Source: Candidatus Pelethousia sp.
GTDB lineage: Bacteria > Bacillota > Clostridia > Christensenellales > CAG-138
Direction of reading: 5' to 3'
Length of the DNA stretch: 64,000 nt
NCBI GenBank assembly: GCA_034928145.1
Contig: JAYFPE010000016.1
Coordinates: 6,953-70,952 of the forward strand
In this document: positions 1 to 9,010 of the stretch, piece after piece
Numbering within the stretch: position 1 is the first letter of the stretch
Layout of the letters: every line of letters starts with the position of its first letter
Translations under genes and position numbers: made by a program
Notes under the pieces: generated by a model
What the model was told of the DNA's origin: nothing
Seen by the model: the letters and a program-made list of their open reading frames with translations, nothing else
Databases searched by the model: none

Positions 1-575
1 CGTTGCAATCCAGTTACAATGTGATTAATGTCGACGATTATGGTGGATTCACACAGGGTATGCAGTTGCTGTATGCCCACGGGCATAGGAAAATTGGTTT
101 TATCAGCGGTCTTATGGAATCCCTGAGCAGTCATACCCGTTATAGCGCCTACGTACAATTTTTAGCGCAGCACGGACTCCCCTTGCGGGAGGAATATGTG
201 ATCAAGGGAGATTATACCTGGAATAGCGGCTACCAGGCTGCAAAAGAGTTTATGGCGCTCAGCGATCATCCTACCGCCATCTTTGCAGCTAACGACCTGA
301 TGGCCATCGGCTGCATGAAGGCGCTTCAAGAAATAGGGTTAGAGATTCCGGGTGATGTTTCGGTACTCGGTTACGACAACATCGAGATGACCAATCTTTG
401 TACACCGGGGTTGACCACCATCGAGCAACCCAAGTACGATCTGGGCGTTTGCAGCGTAGAAATGCTCCTGCGCAGGGTGGAAGAGCGCAATGCTGGAAAG
501 GAAAAGCAAAGCGAACACCTGATGATGGATACCTGCGTGGTTTTGCGCCACAGCGTGGGAGATGTCAAAGCGTAG
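1..575 (+). CDS. LacI/GalR-family transcriptional regulator, C-terminal effector-binding domain (5' end lies outside the window)
   Basis: The ORF is open from the window edge to TAG at 573-575. The translation shows the periplasmic-binding-fold core of LacI repressors (KIGFISG, AIFAANDLMAIGCMKAL, IPGDVSVLGYDN, TTIEQP). The HTH is absent because the gene is cut by the window. Confidence 0.85.
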   Translation, partial: LQSSYNVINVDDYGGFTQGMQLLYAHGHRKIGFISGLMESLSSHTRYSAYVQFLAQHGLPLREEYVIKGDYTWNSGYQAAKEFMALSDHPTAIFAANDLMAIGCMKALQEIGLEIPGDVSVLGYDNIEMTNLCTPGLTTIEQPKYDLGVCSVEMLLRRVEERNAGKEKQSEHLMMDTCVVLRHSVGDVKA

Positions 576-697
576 GAGAAGAGACTATCCGGTGGCGTTT
601 ACAAGGCGCTAAGGCGTCGTTCCCTACTATCCCATGGGCTCATCGATTATCAGCGCACCCGAAAGACCTTCGAAGCGAAAGTAAAAACATCCACAGA

Positions 698-711
698 ATG
701 AAACGTTACAT
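698..711. promoter_or_regulatory. candidate LacI-family operator O1 (ATGAAACGTTACAT)
   Basis: A 14-bp CG-centred imperfect palindrome (half sites ATGAAAC / ATGTAAC) sits directly downstream of the LacI-type gene and upstream of the operon. The 13-nt core ATGAAACGTTACA recurs exactly 60 bp downstream. Confidence 0.5.
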
Positions 712-732
712 AATCCCTTGAAAAAGCCCAGC

Positions 733-760
733 TTGATAAGTGTTTATTTGGAAGTATATG
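733..760 (+). promoter_or_regulatory. candidate sigma-A-type promoter (TTGATA - 16 nt - TATATG)
   Basis: A -35-like TTGATA lies at 733-738 and a -10-like TATATG at 755-760, in the AT-rich gap upstream of the RpiB-like gene. The -10 overlaps operator O2. Hexamer match only. Confidence 0.3.
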
Positions 761-771
761 AAACGTTACAA
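758..771. promoter_or_regulatory. candidate LacI-family operator O2 (ATGAAACGTTACAA)
   Basis: Second copy of the ATGAAACGTTACA core, starting 60 bp after O1 and overlapping the putative -10 element. Confidence 0.5.
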
Positions 772-853
772 TCTACCTGATAATAGATAATTTAAAATAG
801 GAGATATGGCCGCAGTCCCTGGGTGGGCGAATAAACAGGAGGATCGAGGATCT

Positions 854-1375
854 ATGTTCAAAAGAATTGCCATTGGCAACGACCATGGCGGTGTGGAAGC
901 GAAGAATCTGATTGTGGGCTATTTAACGGCGCATGGGTACGAAGTGACCAACATGGGCAGTGATACCGGGGAGATCGTGCGCTACCCTTACTATGCGGCG
1001 CAGGTATGCAATGCTGTTATAGAAGGCAAGGCCGATGGGGGGATCTTGATCTGCTCCACGGGCATCGGTATGAGCATTATGGCCAATAAATTCAAGGGCA
1101 TCCGGGCTTCCCTCTGCACCACGCCCTACCTGGCGCAGATGACCCGCCGCCATAACAATTCCAACGTGCTTTGCCTGGGCGGTAAAACCACCCCCCTGTC
1201 CGAGATTTCCGGCATTGTGGAGGAGTGGCTGCGCCATGAATATGAGGGGGGCAGGCACGATATCTCCCTGCGCATGATAGCTATGGGCGAGGATGCCATG
1301 GAGGGCGTATGCAAGTGGACGCCGCCCCAGGACATTTCCCTCAAGGAAGCAAATCAGGGGGAGGAGCGCGCATGA
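854..1375 (+). CDS. RpiB/LacA/LacB-family sugar-phosphate isomerase (pathway-specific paralog)
   Basis: ATG at 854 is preceded by AGGAGGA. The translation MFKRIAIGNDHGG...LICSTGIGMSI...RRHNNSNVLCLGG matches the RpiB fold, including the active-site Cys region. It carries a C-terminal extension of about 25 aa relative to the second rpiB at 36240-36683. Confidence 0.85.
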   Translation: MFKRIAIGNDHGGVEAKNLIVGYLTAHGYEVTNMGSDTGEIVRYPYYAAQVCNAVIEGKADGGILICSTGIGMSIMANKFKGIRASLCTTPYLAQMTRRHNNSNVLCLGGKTTPLSEISGIVEEWLRHEYEGGRHDISLRMIAMGEDAMEGVCKWTPPQDISLKEANQGEERA

Positions 1376-2214
1376 TGAAACTGTCGGTTGCCATTGCGGA
1401 CGCCGTTGCGGGCCCTTCCGCATTCGTTGTATGGCGCGGGTTTGAGGATTCCGCGCGGAAGGCAGCGGAATACGGATATCATGGCGTTGAGCTGGCGCTG
1501 CGTTGCAAGGAAGATGTGGATGCACCCGCACTCCGCCATTTGCTCAAGCAGTATGGGCTGGAGGTAAGCTGCGTCAGCACCGGGCAGGTCTTCGCGGATC
1601 TGGGCCTTTATTTGACCAATCCCGATGAGGCGCAGCGCGGAGAGGCGCTCCGGGTCCTCAACGGGCTGGTAGAGATGGCGGCGGAGTTTGGCGGTATGAT
1701 AAATCTGGGCCGCTGCCGGGGTTTCATCGCCCCCAACCAGGATAAGCGCGAGGCCACAGACTTGTTCTTAGGCTCTCTGGATATACTTCTGCCCATAGCG
1801 AAAAGCCTGGGCGTCACTGTGATCATCGAGCCGGTGAACCGGTATGAGATCAACTTCATCAACAATGTGGGAGAATGCGCTGCACTGCTTAAGGAAGTAG
1901 CACATCCCAATGTAGGGATCATGCCCGACGTGTTCCATATGAATATTGAGGATGCGCATATTGGCAGGGCGCTTGCCGACAACGCCGCCCTGGTCAAGTA
2001 CGTACATCTGGCCGATTCCAACCGGTTGGCGCCGGGATGGGGGCATCTTGACTTCAACGAGGTGTTCGCGGGTCTGCGGCAGGGTGGCTATGACGGCTGG
2101 GTCTCCATCGAAATATTGCCCAAGCCTGATCCCGATACGGCGGCCAGGCAGGCGGCCGACACCATACTGCCGCTGGTGCGGCGCTATAATGAAGGCGATA
2201 TGTTTTTTGCATAA
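1372..2214 (+). CDS. sugar phosphate isomerase/epimerase, xylose-isomerase-like TIM-barrel family
   Basis: ATG at 1372 overlaps the upstream stop (ATGA), with a GGGGGAGGA RBS. Motifs: YHGVELAL, IIEPVNRYE, YVHLADSNR, WVSIEILP, which are the metal-ligand pattern of this fold. Confidence 0.8.
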   Translation: MMKLSVAIADAVAGPSAFVVWRGFEDSARKAAEYGYHGVELALRCKEDVDAPALRHLLKQYGLEVSCVSTGQVFADLGLYLTNPDEAQRGEALRVLNGLVEMAAEFGGMINLGRCRGFIAPNQDKREATDLFLGSLDILLPIAKSLGVTVIIEPVNRYEINFINNVGECAALLKEVAHPNVGIMPDVFHMNIEDAHIGRALADNAALVKYVHLADSNRLAPGWGHLDFNEVFAGLRQGGYDGWVSIEILPKPDPDTAARQAADTILPLVRRYNEGDMFFA

Positions 2215-2275
2215 GCCGTACGGAACAGTTTCCGGCGGCAAAGCCGCCGGTATAATTCAAAGGAGGATATTTTCA

Positions 2276-3409
2276 ATGAAAAAAGGGCTTGTACTAATGA
2301 TGGCACTGCTCATGGTTCTCTCCCTGGCCGCCTGCGCCAACAATACGCCGGCGCCCGCGGCCCCGTCCGCGGAGGCTCCGGCCGCTACCGACAGTGAAGC
2401 AGCCGAAGCTTCGGCCGCTCCCGAAGCTTCCAATGAAGCGCTTAAGGTTGCCATCGTGCAGGGTATCCGCGGTGACAAAGGCTTCAACGACCAGGCCTAC
2501 CGCGGGATGGAAATGGCCGCGGCGGATTTCGGCATCACCTTCGACGGGGCCGAGTGCAACGATCTGGCCGAGGTGGATGCGGCGCTGCGCAACTATGCCG
2601 ATGCCGGGGATTATGACCTAATCATGGCCGTGGGCTCCAACTATGGGGACAGCCTCGCCCTGGTTGCCAGCGATTACCCGGATCAGAAGTTTTCCCTGGT
2701 GGATACCTTCATGGATCCCGCGCCCGAAAACGTCCACTGGAACGCCGCCATCGATGCGGAGCAGGGTTTTCTCTCCGGCGTCATCTCGGGCTTTGTGACC
2801 AAGGGCGATTATCCCGAAGTCTTCACCCGTGCCAATGCGGATAAAAACGTTATCGTCTATGCAGGCGGTGCCGATTCCCCCACCTCCCGCGCGGGCGCGG
2901 CTGGCTACATGGCCGGCGTATATTACGTAAACCCGGATTGTGAGATCATCTACAACATCGTGGGCAGCTACAATGATCCCGTCAAGGCTAAGGAAATTGC
3001 CATGAACGGCGTGGCCCGCGGCGCGGATATCATCACCGGCAACTGCGGCTCCGGCAGCATGGGCCTCAAGGAAGCCGCCAATGAAGCGGGCTGCTACTTT
3101 ATCGCCACTTCCCTCTCGGGCTTGGATCCCGTGTCCAGCCTGTGCACCTCGGTGAAGCTGAGCGAAAACCAGGTGTATGATGAGATCAAGGCTGTTGTGG
3201 AAGGCACCTGGACGTCCGGCGGCGAGCGCAAGGGCATTGCGGCGGGCTACTGCGACTACAGCGTAGAAGGCGTGAACATCGACTTCCCCCAGGAACTGCT
3301 GGATAAGGTGGACGCCGTGCGCGAAGCCATCAAGAACGGCCAAATCCAGCTTCCCACGGATGTGGACCAGCTCGATGCCTGGAAGGCCGCCAATCAATTC
3401 CAGGGCTAA
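2276..3409 (+). CDS. BMP-family (PnrA/Med/NupN-like) ABC-transporter substrate-binding lipoprotein
   Basis: ATG at 2276 follows an AAAGGAGGA RBS. There is a signal peptide with lipobox LSLAAC and an Ala/Pro/Ser linker, then KVAIVQGIRGDKGFNDQAY, typical of basic-membrane-protein nucleoside binders. The annotated longer ORF (from 1946) overlaps the upstream gene and was trimmed. Confidence 0.85.
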   Translation: MKKGLVLMMALLMVLSLAACANNTPAPAAPSAEAPAATDSEAAEASAAPEASNEALKVAIVQGIRGDKGFNDQAYRGMEMAAADFGITFDGAECNDLAEVDAALRNYADAGDYDLIMAVGSNYGDSLALVASDYPDQKFSLVDTFMDPAPENVHWNAAIDAEQGFLSGVISGFVTKGDYPEVFTRANADKNVIVYAGGADSPTSRAGAAGYMAGVYYVNPDCEIIYNIVGSYNDPVKAKEIAMNGVARGADIITGNCGSGSMGLKEAANEAGCYFIATSLSGLDPVSSLCTSVKLSENQVYDEIKAVVEGTWTSGGERKGIAAGYCDYSVEGVNIDFPQELLDKVDAVREAIKNGQIQLPTDVDQLDAWKAANQFQG

Positions 3410-3461
3410 TGCCCAGACCTTTCGAGGTTGACCGACAAATCTAAAGAGGTAGGTTGAGTCC

Positions 3462-4991
3462 GTGGAAATCATCAGAATGTCAGAGATCACCAAGCGATAT
3501 CCCGGAACGCTGGCGCTAAACAAGGTAGACGCGCGCCTGGAGGAGGGGGAGATTCTCTCTCTCCTGGGCGAGAACGGGGCCGGAAAGACCACGCTGATGA
3601 AGATCCTCTATGGTATGGAGAAGCCCGACGCGGGCGAGATATTCATCCGTGGGGAGAAAGTTGCGTTCAACAACCCCAATGATGCCATTGCCAGAGGAAT
3701 CTGCATGGTCCACCAGCACTTTATGCTGGTTCCGGCCTTTACGGTGATAGAGAATGTCATCGCGGGCATCGAGCCCCGCAAGGGCGTGTTTGTAGACCGA
3801 AGGGCTGCGGAAAGCAAGGTGGCCGCGCTGGTGGAAAAGTACCGCTTTAACATCGACCCTCACGCCAAGGTTGGGAGCCTATCCGTAGGCGAGCAGCAGC
3901 GCGTGGAGATTTTAAAGGCACTGTACCGGGACGCCAAGATCCTGATTCTGGATGAGCCTTCCGCGGTCCTGACCCCTTATGAGGTGGACGAGCTGTTTGT
4001 CACGCTGCGCTTTTTGCGGGAGCAGGGCACCAGCATCGTCATCATCACCCATAAGCTCAAGGAAACCATGAACGTGGCCGACCGCGTAATGGTGTTGCGC
4101 AACGGTGTGCTTATCCACGACGATGTGAAACCCACCGATACCAACCCCCAGGAACTCTCTGCAATGATGGTGGGCCGCCTGATCCAATTGGAGGCCCGCC
4201 ATCCTTCCCCCCGCATCGGAGACGTGAAATTCAGCGTCAAAAACCTCACAGTGAAGGACGAGCGGGGATGCGAGAAAGTGAAAGACGTGAGCTTCGACAT
4301 CCGCGAAGGGGAGATATTGGGTATCGCCGGCATTGAGGGCAACGGCCAGTGCGAACTCATCGAGGCCCTCACAGGGCTGACCACACCCGAATCCGGCGAG
4401 GTATTGCTGGATGGCAAACCCCTTTGCGGCACCGCGCGTGATTTTATAGACAGAGGTGTTGGCCATGTCCCCGAGGACCGCACCCACATGGGCCTGATTG
4501 CGCCCATGACGATAAAATGCAACATGATCTTAGGCTATCAGGATTCCCCGGATATGAGCCGCCATAAGCTGATGCGCTGGAAGGAGATCACCGCCTATGC
4601 AGAGACCTGCCGGGAGGAGTTTGGCGTAAAAACCCCCACCGTGGAAGCACCGGTGAGCTCCCTTTCGGGGGGCAACCAGCAAAAGGTGATCATCGCGCGG
4701 GTGCTTTCCCGTGAGCACGAAGCGTTGATCGTAGCGCACCCCACCCGGGGCATCGACGTAGGCGCCCAGGAGTACATTCACAACGAACTGTACAAATTCC
4801 GAGATAAGGGCAAGGCCATGCTCCTCATCTCGGCGGATTTGGACGAGGTTGTCAAGCTCAGCGACCGGCTGCTGGTGATTTATGAGGGGCGCATCGTTGC
4901 GGACTGCGGGCCTGAGGAGTTTTCCAAGGTACAGCTCGGGCTTCTGATGACGGGTAATTCTCTAGAAAGCGTAAAGGAGGTGGGCGCATGA
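3462..4991 (+). CDS. ABC transporter ATP-binding protein with two fused ABC domains
   Basis: Walker A is GENGAGKTT and the signatures are LSVGEQQ and LSGGNQQ. The second nucleotide site is degenerate (GIEGNGQ), as in ribose/nucleoside-type importers. The start (GTG 3462 versus ATG 3477) is uncertain. Confidence 0.9.
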   Translation: MEIIRMSEITKRYPGTLALNKVDARLEEGEILSLLGENGAGKTTLMKILYGMEKPDAGEIFIRGEKVAFNNPNDAIARGICMVHQHFMLVPAFTVIENVIAGIEPRKGVFVDRRAAESKVAALVEKYRFNIDPHAKVGSLSVGEQQRVEILKALYRDAKILILDEPSAVLTPYEVDELFVTLRFLREQGTSIVIITHKLKETMNVADRVMVLRNGVLIHDDVKPTDTNPQELSAMMVGRLIQLEARHPSPRIGDVKFSVKNLTVKDERGCEKVKDVSFDIREGEILGIAGIEGNGQCELIEALTGLTTPESGEVLLDGKPLCGTARDFIDRGVGHVPEDRTHMGLIAPMTIKCNMILGYQDSPDMSRHKLMRWKEITAYAETCREEFGVKTPTVEAPVSSLSGGNQQKVIIARVLSREHEALIVAHPTRGIDVGAQEYIHNELYKFRDKGKAMLLISADLDEVVKLSDRLLVIYEGRIVADCGPEEFSKVQLGLLMTGNSLESVKEVGA

Positions 4992-6094
4992 ACGAGCATA
5001 ACAGAAAGCGGGTTGCGGACGGCATCACGATATTCGGGCGCTCCGCCTTGGCGCTTCTGGCGGCGCTGCTCATTGGCGGCGTGGTCATTTCCCTGGGCGG
5101 CTATTCCTTTATGGAAGTCTACACCGCTATCTTCAAAGGCTCTCTTGGCACATCTCGGGGTATGCTGCTATCCCTAGCCACCGCCACGCCGCTGATGTTC
5201 ACCGGGTTGGGGTTTGCCATTGGCATCAAGGTTGGCATCGTCAACACGGGTTTGGAAGGACAGCTTTACATGGGCGGCCTGACCGCGGCGCTGGTGGGCA
5301 TCTATGTGGACTTTTTGCCCGGTGCGACCCACGCAGCGGCCACCATGTTGGCAGGCGCCATCGGCGGCGGCGCCGTGGGCCTGCTGATGGGCTGGTTCCG
5401 CACGCGTTTCGGCGCGCCCGAGGTCATCACGGGCATCATGCTCAACAGCATCATTACATATTTTACCGGGTATCTGGTCAACGGGCCTCTCAAGCCCGCT
5501 GGCGCGGGCTCCCCCCAGACGGCACCCATCCTCAAAAGCGCCGAGCTATCACGCCTTGCTTCCAAATCCCAGCTTACCACGGCGCTGATCGTTTGCGTGA
5601 TCCTGTGCATTCTCATTTATCTCCTGCAAAAGCGCACGATATGGGGATTCAAGATGACAGCCGTGGGAATGAACCCACTGGCGGCTAAAGTGGCCGGCAT
5701 CAACGACTCGCGGATGTACCTGGCCGCCCTGGTGCTTTCGGGCGCCATGGCCGGGCTGGGCGGCGCGGCGCTGGTGCAGGGCGTGTTCAAACGCTTTGTG
5801 GATGTTATCTCCAACGGCTACGGCTTCCAAGGCATTCCGGTATCCGCCCTGGCGGCGCATAACCCTCTGGGTGTGATTTTTGCAGCCATCCTTTTCGGCG
5901 TACTGAAGGCAGGGGCGACCATGGTGAACCAGAGCACCACCATTCCGTTTGAGTTCGTGGATATGGTGCAGGCCCTGGTGGTGGTGTTCGTGGCCGCGCC
6001 CTCCATCATCCTTTCGCCCATACAAAAAATCAGGAGCATCATCAAAAAGAAGGGCGGCGGCTCGGCCGCCGCAGGTCAGGGGGGTGCGGCATGA
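4988..6094 (+). CDS. ABC transporter permease (BMP/nucleoside-type)
   Basis: Multi-TM hydrophobic protein. An ATGA start/stop overlap with the ATPase gene suggests translational coupling. Confidence 0.85.
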   Translation: MNEHNRKRVADGITIFGRSALALLAALLIGGVVISLGGYSFMEVYTAIFKGSLGTSRGMLLSLATATPLMFTGLGFAIGIKVGIVNTGLEGQLYMGGLTAALVGIYVDFLPGATHAAATMLAGAIGGGAVGLLMGWFRTRFGAPEVITGIMLNSIITYFTGYLVNGPLKPAGAGSPQTAPILKSAELSRLASKSQLTTALIVCVILCILIYLLQKRTIWGFKMTAVGMNPLAAKVAGINDSRMYLAALVLSGAMAGLGGAALVQGVFKRFVDVISNGYGFQGIPVSALAAHNPLGVIFAAILFGVLKAGATMVNQSTTIPFEFVDMVQALVVVFVAAPSIILSPIQKIRSIIKKKGGGSAAAGQGGAA

Positions 6095-7017
6095 ACAGCG
6101 ATATCATACTCGCCATTATTACATCGACGCTGCGGCTTTCGGTTCCCGTTATGCTGGCGGCGGTGGGCTGCTCCTTCTCTACACGGGCCGGCGTAACCGC
6201 ATTCGGCTGCGAGGGCATGATGGCCGCGGGCGCCATCTTCGCCGTCATCGGATCGGACTTTACAGGGAGCAAATGGATCGGCGTCTTGCTGGCGATACTG
6301 GCAGGTATGCTCGTCTCTTCCCTGCATGCTGTGCTGCACGTAAAATACAGGGTTAACGCCACGCTTTCGGGCATGAGCGTGAACCTTCTGGGAGCTGCCC
6401 TGGGGGCGCTGGCGCTCAAGCTGGTATGGAAGGTTTCCGGCATGTCTCCGGATGTGGCGGCGTTTTCCAAAATTGCGGCCACCCCCAGCCTGAGCTGGAT
6501 GGCGCGCATACCGGTGATCGGTTACGTGTTGGGCGAACAAAGCCTCTTTTTGCTGATCACCATCGCGGTCGTAATTGTGGGCTGGGTGTTCTTATATAAG
6601 ACCACCTTCGGCCTGCGCATGCGCATGGTAGGCGAAAACCCGGTGGCAGCCAATACCGTGGGCATCAACACGGTGCGGTACAAGTACATGGGCGTATTGG
6701 TGTGCGGTCTGCTTTCCGGCCTGGCCGGCGCCTTCCTCTCCCTGGTGGGCATGAACCGCTACATCATCGGCATGACGGCGGGCCGCGGCTACGTGGCTAT
6801 GGTCATCAACAACCTGGGGGCTTCTAACCCTATAGGATCAGCTCTATCGGCCCTGTTCTTCGGCTTCTTCGATTGTTTGCAGTTCGTATTTCAGGGCGTG
6901 CGTACCCCCAGCCAAATCTTGATGATGCTGCCTTATGTGTTCACGCTGATCATCTGCGTGGGCAATACCAAGCGGTCCAAGGGACCGGCCGGCGTGGGCC
7001 AGCATTTTGACAGCTAA
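6091..7017 (+). CDS. ABC transporter permease (second subunit)
   Basis: Multi-TM protein homologous in character to the preceding permease, with an ATGA overlap at 6091-6094. Confidence 0.85.
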   Translation: MNSDIILAIITSTLRLSVPVMLAAVGCSFSTRAGVTAFGCEGMMAAGAIFAVIGSDFTGSKWIGVLLAILAGMLVSSLHAVLHVKYRVNATLSGMSVNLLGAALGALALKLVWKVSGMSPDVAAFSKIAATPSLSWMARIPVIGYVLGEQSLFLLITIAVVIVGWVFLYKTTFGLRMRMVGENPVAANTVGINTVRYKYMGVLVCGLLSGLAGAFLSLVGMNRYIIGMTAGRGYVAMVINNLGASNPIGSALSALFFGFFDCLQFVFQGVRTPSQILMMLPYVFTLIICVGNTKRSKGPAGVGQHFDS

Positions 7018-7068
7018 GCGTATACATAACCGGCGGCACAGCCGCCAAGATAATACAGGAGGAAAGAT

Positions 7069-7878
7069 ATGAAACGCAGTGAATTAAAATCCGTATTCGG
7101 TACTTCCCGTCCCATTTTGGGTATGATACATCTGCCGCCCCTGCCCGGTTCCCCCAACTACCAGGGCAGCATGACGCAGGTAATAGACCATGCGCTGCGG
7201 GATGCGGATGCCCTGGTGACCAACGGCATCTCCGCTATGATCGTGGAGAACCTGGGAGATTACCCCTACTACCCTGTCACGCAGGAGCCCGAGACCGTGG
7301 CCGCCATGACCCGTGCGGCGCTGGAACTGCGCAGGGCTTACCCCAACGTGCCCCTGGGCATCAACGTGCTGCGCAATTCCTGGAAGAGCGCCCTTGCCAT
7401 CGCTTCCATTGCGGATGCCCAGTTTATCCGCCTCAACATTCTGACGGATACCATGGTGACGGACCAGGGCATGCTCAACGGCGAGGCGCACTTGGCACTC
7501 CGCTACCGCAAGGCCATCGGCGCCGAGCAAGTGCTTCTGTTCTGCGACCTTTACTCCAAGCACGCCGCGCCGCTCGCCCCGCGCGATATCACTACGGTGG
7601 CGCATGAGATGGTGGGCCGCGGCATGGCCGACGCGCTGATTATTTCCGGCACCGAAACGCCTGTGCCGCCCAAGAAAGAGGATGTCGAAGAGGTGCGCCG
7701 CGCCGTGCCCGAAACGCCGATCATCCTGGGCAGCGGCGTGACCCTGGGCGCCCTGGATACGGTTGCCCTGGCCGATGGCACGGTGTTCGGCTACGGCACA
7801 AAACCCAGCGGCAATATGAATGATCCGGTGGATGGGCCTACCGTTAAGAAATTCATGGACGCGGTGCGCGCCCTTTAG
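7069..7878 (+). CDS. BtpA/SgcQ-family TIM-barrel protein (biochemical function unknown)
   Basis: The translation ILGMIHLPPLPGSPNY...MIVENLGDYPYY...GINVLRN...IISGTETP matches my recollection of the BtpA/SgcQ family. An AGGAGGA RBS lies upstream. Confidence 0.7.
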   Translation: MKRSELKSVFGTSRPILGMIHLPPLPGSPNYQGSMTQVIDHALRDADALVTNGISAMIVENLGDYPYYPVTQEPETVAAMTRAALELRRAYPNVPLGINVLRNSWKSALAIASIADAQFIRLNILTDTMVTDQGMLNGEAHLALRYRKAIGAEQVLLFCDLYSKHAAPLAPRDITTVAHEMVGRGMADALIISGTETPVPPKKEDVEEVRRAVPETPIILGSGVTLGALDTVALADGTVFGYGTKPSGNMNDPVDGPTVKKFMDAVRAL

Positions 7879-7979
7879 CGAAACCGGCGGCGATTTTTAC
7901 ACCCCAAAGCCGCGCGAAGGAAATAGGAACGCCCTGATCAGAGCGTTCCTTCATAATAATTAAGGAAAGGTGGTTTCCT

Positions 7980-8984
7980 ATGAGCGAAGAAAAGAGAATT
8001 CCCCTCATCATCGATACCGATCCTGGCGACGACGATGCCGCCTCCATCCTGTGGGCGCTCTCTTGCGGTAAGTTTGACGTGAAGGCGCTCACCATCGCAA
8101 GCGGTAACGTAGGGCTGGATAAATGCGCAATTAATGCGCTGCGTACCTTGGAGGTTAGCAAGCGCACGGATATTCCGGTCTATAAAGGCGCATGGAAGCC
8201 TATTGTGATTCCGGCACAGGATGCGAGCTGGATTCACGGGGAGGACGGCCTCGGAGACGCGGGATTCCCTCTGCCCCAAACCCCAGTTACGCCGGGGTAT
8301 GCGCCGGCCGAGATGGTGCGCATTGCCAAAGAATCCCTCGAACCCATCACGATTCTGGCCCTGGCTCCCATCACCAACGTAGCCCTGGCCATACTCTTGG
8401 ACGCCGATTTTAAAAAGCACGTCAAAGAGGTGGTATTTATGGGTGGCGCGGTACGGGTACCCGGCAATATCAGCCCTGGGGCGAGCTTCAATGTGGCTGC
8501 CGATCCCCACGCCGCTTCCATCGTTTATAATTCCGGCATCCCGGTGGTGCAAGTGGGCCTGGATGCGTGCGACCAGGTGACCCAGCGCTGGGAGGATCTG
8601 GATGAGATCGGCCTGGCCGGCACGGCTGTGGCGGATTTCGTGGTACGCATGATGGAGTTCCGGCGGGATAAGGCGGTCAAGGTCATTAAGAACGAGAAGG
8701 GCGAGGTGGTAAGCCGCATCCCCGCCGGCGCACAGGCCGGCCGCGGGAAGCGCGGCATTGGCCTCAACGATTTGACTACCACCGCTTACCTTATCAACCC
8801 CGGCTGGTTCAAGGCGCAGGAAGTGACCATGGATATCGAAACCGGTGGCCTGACTCCCGGTCGAACCACGGCGGATTTCTTCGGCCTGTGGGGCAAAAAG
8901 CCCAACTGTACTTTTGTATACGAAGCGGACGGCCCGGCGCTGGTTGAACGATGGGTGGAGGATATTAAGTCGTTCCGCCCGTAG
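7980..8984 (+). CDS. nucleoside hydrolase (IU-NH fold) paralog 1
   Basis: N-terminal Ca-binding signature IIDTDPGDDDA (DXDXXXDD), plus WIHGEDGLGD, SFNVAADPHAA and GLNDLTTTAYLINP. Confidence 0.9.
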   Translation: MSEEKRIPLIIDTDPGDDDAASILWALSCGKFDVKALTIASGNVGLDKCAINALRTLEVSKRTDIPVYKGAWKPIVIPAQDASWIHGEDGLGDAGFPLPQTPVTPGYAPAEMVRIAKESLEPITILALAPITNVALAILLDADFKKHVKEVVFMGGAVRVPGNISPGASFNVAADPHAASIVYNSGIPVVQVGLDACDQVTQRWEDLDEIGLAGTAVADFVVRMMEFRRDKAVKVIKNEKGEVVSRIPAGAQAGRGKRGIGLNDLTTTAYLINPGWFKAQEVTMDIETGGLTPGRTTADFFGLWGKKPNCTFVYEADGPALVERWVEDIKSFRP

Positions 8985-9010
8985 ATCCGCACGAGCAAAA
9001 AGGAGATCCA

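Noticed and set aside
1946-2275. N-terminal extension of the BMP lipoprotein ORF (listed start 1946). Similar extensions occur for the ORFs listed from 806, 1309, 9919, 55305, 57711, 60524 and 61242.
   Set aside because: The extensions overlap the upstream genes and lack an RBS. Internal ATG codons with good Shine-Dalgarno spacing give native-looking N-termini such as signal peptides or family-typical starts.
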